A DNA stretch of 64,000 nucleotides, taken from Blastocatellia bacterium. Its GTDB lineage: Bacteria; Acidobacteriota; Blastocatellia; RBC074. The DNA is taken from positions 1,583-65,582 of the forward strand of contig DATEFT010000635.1 in NCBI GenBank assembly GCA_035280505.1, written 5' to 3'. How positions within the stretch are numbered: position 1 is the stretch's first letter; each line of letters starts with the position of its first letter. Both the position numbers and the translations under genes were made by a program. Positions 58,101 to 64,000 of this stretch are shown one piece after another. The notes below the pieces were generated by a model. That model worked only from the letters and a program-made list of their open reading frames with translations, made no database searches and was not told where the DNA came from.

Positions 58101-58466
58101 CTATTCTTCATCGTTAAGCAGACCGCGTTCCTGGAGTTCCTGGCAGGTGATGCAGTAACGAACCCAGGGTAGAGCCTCCAAGCGTTTCGGCTGAATTTCA
58201 TTGCCGCAATTGGCGCAGACGCCGTATTCTTCGTCGTCGATCCGCTGGAGAGCCTCTTCGATCTGCGTGAGGATGAGCCGGTCGTTGGTCGACTGGCTGA
58301 AGAGTAGTTCTTTGGTGTAGGAGTTTGAAGCTTTGTCAGCCGGATCTTGCGTAGCTTCGATGTCGGCTTCGCGTCCATAGTCCTCATTGCGTCCGACCAC
58401 GCCAATCAGAGCCGAACGCTCTTCGACCAGACGGTCACGGTAAGTTTTCAGTTTCTTTTTTTCCAT
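58101..58466 (-). CDS. DksA/TraR-family C4 zinc-finger protein
   Basis: 121 aa. [25 protein letters not shown]. Confidence 0.85.
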   Translation of the reverse strand: MEKKKLKTYRDRLVEERSALIGVVGRNEDYGREADIEATQDPADKASNSYTKELLFSQSTNDRLILTQIEEALQRIDDEEYGVCANCGNEIQPKRLEALPWVRYCITCQELQERGLLNDEE

Positions 58467-58578
58467 CTACTCTTCTCCTCATCAAGAGATCGGCGGCAAG
58501 TGACGGCTAACAGTGACGAGTGTTCGATGCCTGAAATGTCACTTGCCACGCTTCACTCGTCACTCTAGGGGGTTGAAG

Positions 58579-59046
58579 TTAAAACTTGTGATAAGGCCAT
58601 CCTGCCAACAACGTAAAAGCGCGATAGAGCTGCTCAGATAAAAAAACGCGCGCCAGTTCATGCGTCAACGTCATCTTCGAGAGAGCCATTCTCAAGTCTG
58701 CACGATCCTTAACTTTCTGGCTGACGCCGGCGAACCCTCCGATCACGAAGGCCAACCGCTTGATCCCGACCCGCTGCTTGGTCCCGATCAACTCAGCCAA
58801 TTCTGGCGATGAAAGTTCCCGGCCGTCTTCATCAAGCAAGATTACAAAGTCATCACGCTCGATCGCGGCGAGGATCCGGGCGCCCTCGGCCTCTACGACA
58901 CGCCTCTTATCGGCTTCACCTTTGGGCTCCTTTAACTCGCCCACCTCCAGCGTGACGAAATGTTCCATCCTCTTCAAATAACCGTCAATCAACGCCGCAC
59001 AATGGCGATCCTTGGTTCTACCTATCCAGACGATGTGAAGACGCAT
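58579..59046 (-). CDS. rlmH: 23S rRNA (pseudouridine1915-N3)-methyltransferase
   Basis: Start set at ATG 59046 ([13 protein letters not shown]), typical of the family. [22 protein letters not shown]. Confidence 0.85.
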   Translation of the reverse strand: MRLHIVWIGRTKDRHCAALIDGYLKRMEHFVTLEVGELKEPKGEADKRRVVEAEGARILAAIERDDFVILLDEDGRELSSPELAELIGTKQRVGIKRLAFVIGGFAGVSQKVKDRADLRMALSKMTLTHELARVFLSEQLYRAFTLLAGWPYHKF

Positions 59047-59072
59047 CCGGTCACGGACTCCACGTCGCACCC

Positions 59073-59486
59073 TTAAAGTTCGACTTTTTCAGCGTCGCGC
59101 CACAATCGTTCGAGATCGTAGAAGCGGCGTGACTCTTCGGTGAAGATGTGAACGATGAAAGCCCCATAATCGATCAGGATCCATTCCCCGCTGTTGTAGC
59201 CTTCGGTATTGAGCGGGCGGACGCCGGAGAGTTTCAACTGCTCGACGATCGCATCGGCGATGGCCTGAGTCTGCCGCGTCGAACTCCCCGAACAGATCAT
59301 GAAGTAATCGGTAAATTCCGTGATGGCTGACAGCCGAAGCAGCAGCAGATCCTGCGTCTTCTTCTCTTCGGCGGCGGCCGCGGCCAGTTTGACCTGCTCA
59401 AAGATCTGCTGGTCCTCGGGAGCGAGAACAGCGGTCCCGGTCAACTGTTCGTTCTGCGCAATTTCTTCGTTTAGGACTTTTGACAT
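59073..59486 (-). CDS. rsfS: Ribosome silencing factor
   Basis: 137 aa. [50 protein letters not shown]. Confidence 0.9.
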   Translation of the reverse strand: MSKVLNEEIAQNEQLTGTAVLAPEDQQIFEQVKLAAAAAEEKKTQDLLLLRLSAITEFTDYFMICSGSSTRQTQAIADAIVEQLKLSGVRPLNTEGYNSGEWILIDYGAFIVHIFTEESRRFYDLERLWRDAEKVEL

Positions 59487-60181
59487 TCAGACTTCCGATA
59501 CAACCCGTATTTGACGAGATAGGCGGCAACCGCCGGCGGAACCAGCCCCTCGATGGCTGCTCCCCGCGCGGCAGCTTCGCGCACATTTGTAGCCGACACA
59601 TCGACCTCTATGTAATCAGTTAAATAGATCCGGGGCCATGCCAATGTTTCATCGGACGGAAACCGTCCCCCCCGCAGATCCACGACTCTCGCCCGTAATT
59701 CGGGCGTCAGCCGCGAAACCACGCTCTGATCCTGACCATACCCCGGACGGGTGGCGACTATCACATCGTATTCGCTCAGGATCCGTTCGTATTCATGCCA
59801 AGTCATCACGTCTTTAAACGAATCCTCTCCCATGACAAAGAACAATCGAACCTCGGGATTCTCGCTCTGCAATCTCTGCAGCGTCTCGACCGTGTAGGGG
59901 CGGGACGGCGCCTCCAGTTCAACGCTGGAGACGAACATTCTGGGCGATTGAGCCGTCGCCAGAATCAACATCGCCAGGCGATGATACGGCGAACTGATCA
60001 GGTGCCCCCGTTTATGAGGGGGCACATAAGCAGGAACGAAAAGCAGCCGATCCATTGCAAAAGCCCGTAAGACCGCCTCGGCGACCTGCCAATGGCCGTT
60101 GTGCATCGGATCGAACGTGCCGCCATAGACGCCGACGCGTTTCTCCAAAGCTTCCTCGCTCAGCTCGATTCCATCGCCCAT
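59471..60181 (-). CDS. nadD: Nicotinate-nucleotide adenylyltransferase
   Basis: 236 aa. [21 protein letters not shown]. Confidence 0.88.
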   Translation of the reverse strand: MGDGIELSEEALEKRVGVYGGTFDPMHNGHWQVAEAVLRAFAMDRLLFVPAYVPPHKRGHLISSPYHRLAMLILATAQSPRMFVSSVELEAPSRPYTVETLQRLQSENPEVRLFFVMGEDSFKDVMTWHEYERILSEYDVIVATRPGYGQDQSVVSRLTPELRARVVDLRGGRFPSDETLAWPRIYLTDYIEVDVSATNVREAAARGAAIEGLVPPAVAAYLVKYGLYRKSECQKS

Positions 60182-60184
60182 CGC

Positions 60185-61222
60185 TCAAGCCGGGGCGGCG
60201 ACCAGATTCTTCGAATCGTCGTCCTGCTTGAGGCGGTCCAGCCGGCGCTCGACCGCTCGCAACATCTCCTGAACTCCCTGACCGGTGACGGCCGAGATCC
60301 CGTAAAATTCCAGCCCCTCCTGCTCGCAGAAGCGCGCCAGCTCGCCGATCCGTTCCGGATCATCGAGCGCGTCGAGCTTCGTGGCCACCACGATCTTGGG
60401 CTTCTTCGCCACCTGGGGACTATAGGCCTCCAGTTCGCGGGCGACCGTCCGGTAATCGGCGATCGGGTCCCGGGCCAGGCCGGAGACGTCGACCAGATGC
60501 AGGAGTATTTGAGTGCGCTCGATATGGCGCAAAAAACGATCCCCAAGCCCGGCTCCGAGATGGGCCCCTTCGATCAATCCTGGGATGTCGGCGACGACCA
60601 TAGTCTTGAAATCGCCCAGATCGACCACCCCCAGATTGGGTTCGAGAGTGGTAAAGGGATAGTCGGCAATCTTCGGACGCGCTGCTGAAATGCGTGAGAT
60701 CAGCGTCGATTTGCCGGCATTCGGCAGGCCTGCCAGTCCGACATCGGCGATCAGTTTGAGCTCCAGCATCAACCATCGATCCTGGCCGGTCCGGCCGTCT
60801 TCGTGGTGACGCGGCGCGCGATTGGTGGGAGTGGCGAACTGAGCGTTGCCTCGACCGCCCCGCCCTCCGGCCGCAACCAGAACCTTCTCTCCGGCGCGGG
60901 TGAAATCGTGAATCAGTTCTCCAGTCCCCACATCCGTCACGATCGTGCCGATCGGAACCTGCAGGACGATGTTTTCGCCGTTCGCTCCATGTCGCTTGTC
61001 CCCCTCGCCGTGCCGTCCACGACCGGCGATCTGTTCCGGGCTATAGCGAAAGTGGAGCAAAGTGTTGAGACTCCCGGTGGATTCAAAATAGATCGATCCA
61101 CCGCGTCCGCCGTCACCGCCTGAAGGACCACCGCGCGGGACAAACTTTTCACGGCGAAAAGCGGTTACTCCATTACCACCGTCCCCGCCTTTCACGTGGA
61201 TTTTCGCGCGGTCAATAAACAT
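60185..61222 (-). CDS. obg: GTPase Obg
   Basis: 345 aa. [18 protein letters not shown]...[22 protein letters not shown]-domain [23 protein letters not shown]. Confidence 0.95.
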   Translation of the reverse strand: MFIDRAKIHVKGGDGGNGVTAFRREKFVPRGGPSGGDGGRGGSIYFESTGSLNTLLHFRYSPEQIAGRGRHGEGDKRHGANGENIVLQVPIGTIVTDVGTGELIHDFTRAGEKVLVAAGGRGGRGNAQFATPTNRAPRHHEDGRTGQDRWLMLELKLIADVGLAGLPNAGKSTLISRISAARPKIADYPFTTLEPNLGVVDLGDFKTMVVADIPGLIEGAHLGAGLGDRFLRHIERTQILLHLVDVSGLARDPIADYRTVARELEAYSPQVAKKPKIVVATKLDALDDPERIGELARFCEQEGLEFYGISAVTGQGVQEMLRAVERRLDRLKQDDDSKNLVAAPA

Positions 61223-61334
61223 AAAACCTGATGAGTGATAAGCCCGAACGAGAGTAAAGAGGAACTCTTCACTCCGAACCTATCGCTAATCGACGCTACT
61301 CTTCCGGCCGACTCTGCCGGCCTATTCCGCGGGC

Positions 61335-61592
61335 CTACTCTGCGGGATAGACGCTGATGAAGCGCCCTTTGCGGCCCCGGTCTTCGAACTTCACGACCCC
61401 GGTGATCTTGGCGAAGAGCGTATCATCGCTGCCGATCCCGACATTCCGGCCGGGCTTAAAACGCGTGCCGCGTTGGCGAACCAGAATCGAGCCGCCACTG
61501 ACCTGCTCACCGCCGAAGCGTTTGACGCCCAGCCGTTGAGACTGCGAATCCCGTCCGTTCCTTGAACTACCTACTCCTTTTTTATGTGCCAT
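61335..61592 (-). CDS. rpmA: 50S ribosomal protein L27
   Basis: 85 aa. [24 protein letters not shown]. Confidence 0.95.
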   Translation of the reverse strand: MAHKKGVGSSRNGRDSQSQRLGVKRFGGEQVSGGSILVRQRGTRFKPGRNVGIGSDDTLFAKITGVVKFEDRGRKGRFISVYPAE

Positions 61593-61632
61593 TGAACAAT
61601 TCCTTCTCTCTCGATCTCATCGACCGCCACAC

Positions 61633-61953
61633 TCATGAGATCGCGTCGATCTTGACTGCCGTATAGTCTTGACGGTGTCCCTGTTTCCGCTTGTACTGTT
61701 TCCGCCGCTTGAACTTGAAGACGATGATCTTGGGTCCGCGGCCGTTCTTCACGACCGTTCCTGTCACGCGTGCGCCCTCCAACATCGGCGCGCCGATCCG
61801 AAGCCCCTTGTCGCCGCCCTCGGCGAGAACTTCAGTGAACTCCACCGTATCGCCAGCATTCTTGCCCGCAAGCGATGGAATGCGCACCACATCACCAGGA
61901 CTAACTCGGAACTGTTTCCCACCTGTTCGGATGATTGCGTATTCCACTCCCAT
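61633..61953 (-). CDS. rplU: 50S ribosomal protein L21
   Basis: Start set at ATG 61953 ([16 protein letters not shown]) just after GGAGG; GTG at 61947 is the alternative. The ORF-track extension to 62019 begins in the promoter -35 box. Confidence 0.9.
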   Translation of the reverse strand: MGVEYAIIRTGGKQFRVSPGDVVRIPSLAGKNAGDTVEFTEVLAEGGDKGLRIGAPMLEGARVTGTVVKNGRGPKIIVFKFKRRKQYKRKQGHRQDYTAVKIDAIS

Positions 61954-61989
61954 AATTCCTCCATTCATTCTTATAGTAGAAAGCCGAAA

Positions 61990-62019
61990 ATTATAGGTCG
62001 TATAATCTGTGGGTGTCAA
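61990..62019 (-). promoter_or_regulatory. Sigma70-like promoter of the rplU-rpmA-obg operon
   Basis: On the minus strand: TTGACA (62019..62014), 18-nt spacer, TATAAT (61995..61990), about 35-40 nt upstream of the rplU start. Confidence 0.6.
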
Positions 62020-62323
62020 CCGTCTCTACCGATTTCCAGCGCGATTGTCGGGAGCCCCAATGTTTACGGGCACTAAAGGGCAATTAAAAAGGTCCATCCA
62101 TCGCGGTCCGGCGCTCGACGGTCGATTAATGAGGTTATTTTTTCGCTCGAGATCCTACCAAATTAGAACGTTGAGATCCTGAAATTTGGATCCCGACCGG
62201 TCGATTAGATCGTGGAGTAAAGAACCAGTAAGCGGGGGCGCGTCTTGACAGCGCCACCTACGAAATAGTTTGATAATGGTTGCTCTATCAGAAATGCCCG
62301 GGAGAGCTTTACACCTTATTACG

Positions 62324-62962
62324 ATGACGCACCGTCGCTTTCTTCTCATTTCACTACTGATCGCCGTCACCGGCTTTCTCTTTGTTCACTTCAAGGTGCA
62401 TGGCTACGACGACCGTATCATCACGGAAATAAGGGATCTGGACACCAGTCAATGGCCGAAGCCGCGCGTGGCCGTCGTCTTCGGGGCCAGTGTCTACGGC
62501 AGCGGCGAGCTCTCGCCGGTCCTGGAAGATCGGGTCAACATGGCGATCGAACTCTACCGGGTCCGGAAAGTGGATCGGATCCTGGTCTCCGGCGACAATC
62601 GACATCCGAGTTATAACGAACCGAAAGCCATGCAGGAGTACCTGATCTCGCATGCCGTGGCGGCGCGGGACGTGGTGGTCGATTACGGAGGACGCTCGAC
62701 CTACGAGACCTGTCTCCGGGCCAAGGACGTCTTCGGACTGAAACGGGCGGTGCTGGTCTCCCAGGGCTACCATCTGCCGCGCGCGCTCTACATCGCCAAC
62801 GAGCTGGGGCTCGATGCCGTCGGGATGTCTTCGGACCTGCAATCCAAAAATCCGATCGACTACCGGAACCTCCGGGAGTGGGGAGCGGAGATCAAAGCCT
62901 ACTTCAATCTGCATGTGATCTCGCCTGAGGTGGAGCTGGGGGAGCGGACCCCGGTCAAGTGA
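62324..62962 (+). CDS. SanA/DUF218-family membrane protein
   Basis: Start uncertain (TTG 62270, ATG 62276/62294/62324). MTHRRFLLISLLIAVTGFLFV TM helix, VVFGASV, ILVSGDNRHPSYNEPKAM, VDYGGRSTYETCLRAK, VSQGYHLPRAL. Confidence 0.75.
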   Translation: MTHRRFLLISLLIAVTGFLFVHFKVHGYDDRIITEIRDLDTSQWPKPRVAVVFGASVYGSGELSPVLEDRVNMAIELYRVRKVDRILVSGDNRHPSYNEPKAMQEYLISHAVAARDVVVDYGGRSTYETCLRAKDVFGLKRAVLVSQGYHLPRALYIANELGLDAVGMSSDLQSKNPIDYRNLREWGAEIKAYFNLHVISPEVELGERTPVK

Positions 62963-62984
62963 GCCGGCGAAGGCCCGGAATTTC

Positions 62985-63013
62985 TTGACTCCGCGTGACG
63001 CATTGCGGATAAT
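62985..63013 (+). promoter_or_regulatory. Sigma70-like promoter of an orphan short transcription unit
   Basis: TTGACT (62985..62990), 17-nt spacer, GATAAT (63008..63013). Confidence 0.55.
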
Positions 63014-63062
63014 GCCCGGCGCGGCGGTTTTTCAGACGGCTGCCGCCGTTATCTTAACTTTT

Positions 63063-63218
63063 ATGAGACATATGAGAATCTGGCTCGCCACCATGCAAAC
63101 CATCATCGATCGTGCGGTTTCGCGCATCCAGGGATGGTCTGCCTGGCGCTTCTCCTTTGGATATAGCTTCTATTTCTACTTTAGCAGCTCCAGAGGGGTC
63201 GGAGGTTCGTTAGCCTGA
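63063..63218 (+). CDS. Possible 51-aa small protein (alternatively part of a non-coding RNA)
   Basis: ATG 63063 is in frame with the ORF-track entry at 62985. MRHMRIWLATMQTIIDRAVSRIQGWSAWRFSFGYSFYFYFSSSRGVGGSLA. No clear Shine-Dalgarno sequence. Many C-ending codons. Confidence 0.25.
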   Translation: MRHMRIWLATMQTIIDRAVSRIQGWSAWRFSFGYSFYFYFSSSRGVGGSLA

Positions 63219-63243
63219 GCCAGGCATAAACGGAATGATGATC

Positions 63244-63285
63244 AAGGCCCCTCGTTCAAAGCTGAACGGGGGGCCTTTTAGTTTT
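63244..63285 (+). terminator. Rho-independent terminator
   Basis: AAGGCCCCTCGTTC (63244..63257) pairs with GAACGGGGGGCCTT (63264..63277): 14-bp stem with one G-U pair, 6-nt loop, then TTAGTTTT. Confidence 0.8.
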
Positions 63286-63301
63286 AAATAGGCACTAGTA
63301 A

Positions 63302-64000
63302 ATGACGTATCAAATCCATAGACATTCAAGCAACCAGTCGAAAATTCCACGGGTGGCCTACCAGGGCGAACCCGGAGCTTTCAGCGGAGAGGCCGCCCGC
63401 CGACTCTTCAGAGAAGAGGTCGAGATCGTACCGTGTGAGACGTTCGAGAAGATGTTCAGCGAAGCCGAGAATGAGACGTGCGACTACTGTCTGGCGCCGA
63501 TCGAGAATTCGCTCTACGGTTCGGTCTATCAGAACTACGATCTGTTGCTGAAGCACAATCTGCAGATCGTCGGCGAGACCTACCTGCGGATCGTCCATCA
63601 CCTGATGGCCGCGCCGGAGACGAAGATCGAGGACGTGAAACGCGTCTACTCTCATCCGGTGGCCCTGGGCCAATGCCTGCGCTTCTTCAACGACCACCCG
63701 AAGATGCGGCCGGTCGCCGCGTACGACACGGCCGGCAGCGTCAAGATGATTATGGAGAACCGGGAGGAGGGGGCGGCGGCGATCGCCGGCGCCATGACGG
63801 CCGACTACTACGGCGCGCGGGTCCTGGCGGCCGGAATCGAAGACAATCGGCAAAACTACACCCGGTTTCTGCTGCTCTCCCACAACGACCGCGGCAACGA
63901 ACCTCCGGCCGACGCGGACAAGACCTCGATCGTCTTCGCGCTCGGCAACCAGATCGGATCTCTCTACCGGGCCATGGCCGTCTTTGCCCTGCGCGACATC
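63302..64000 (+). CDS. pheA: Prephenate dehydratase (3-prime end beyond window)
   Basis: Open frame from ATG 63302 to the window end; it is absent from the ORF track because no stop is reached. VAYQGEPGAFSGEAA, APIENSLYGSV, VYSHPVALGQC, TRFLLL, TSIVFAL (start of ACT domain). Start is uncertain; GTG 63353 is possible. Confidence 0.85.
   Translation, partial: MTYQIHRHSSNQSKIPRVAYQGEPGAFSGEAARRLFREEVEIVPCETFEKMFSEAENETCDYCLAPIENSLYGSVYQNYDLLLKHNLQIVGETYLRIVHHLMAAPETKIEDVKRVYSHPVALGQCLRFFNDHPKMRPVAAYDTAGSVKMIMENREEGAAAIAGAMTADYYGARVLAAGIEDNRQNYTRFLLLSHNDRGNEPPADADKTSIVFALGNQIGSLYRAMAVFALRDI

Noticed and set aside
63326-63883. A 185-aa minus-strand ORF.
   Set aside because: It is antisense to a clear prephenate dehydratase reading frame, which is open to the window end and therefore missing from the ORF track.

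Overview
High-GC (about 60% by eye) bacterial chromosomal segment. It is probably from an Acidobacteriota-like genome, inferred only from the CarboxypepD_reg-type TonB-dependent receptors ending in LKLNF; no database search was possible.

nt 1-24464 looks accessory. It holds five same-strand paralogous TonB-dependent receptor (TBDR) genes of about 1085 aa. Four are each followed by a 325-345 aa gene that encodes a signal peptide, a conserved two-cysteine domain, a Pro-rich linker and a TonB C-terminal domain. Each complete receptor has a promoter-like element and a 390-480 nt AT-richer leader. A secreted, possibly ASKHA-like protein and rpmB sit inside the array.

nt 24474-28351 (minus strand) holds a polytopic membrane protein with a zinc ribbon, then DUF4129-like and DUF4350-like genes, with no MoxR or DUF58 partners.

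The rest is core metabolism and housekeeping:
- fcl, a Cof-type HAD hydrolase and a cyclophilin.
- An Lrp-ilvE-acyl-CoA synthetase-phhA-hppD-hmgA-[unknown 294 aa]-fahA aromatic amino acid catabolic cluster.
- A sirtuin, an M1 aminopeptidase, add, tilS, ftsH, a deoxyhypusine-synthase-like/EEP pair, ldcA, eda-kdgK and bcp.
- dksA-like, rlmH-rsfS-nadD-obg-rpmA-rplU, a SanA-like gene and the start of pheA.

Two families of intergenic palindromic elements recur. Their arms are built from short tandem units: ACCGCGAAA-type 8-mers and GAAGTCTAGA 10-mers.

I recognised no rRNA, tRNA, CRISPR array, transposase or integrase. All identity percentages are by-eye estimates, and functional calls rest on motifs recognised in the translated ORFs.
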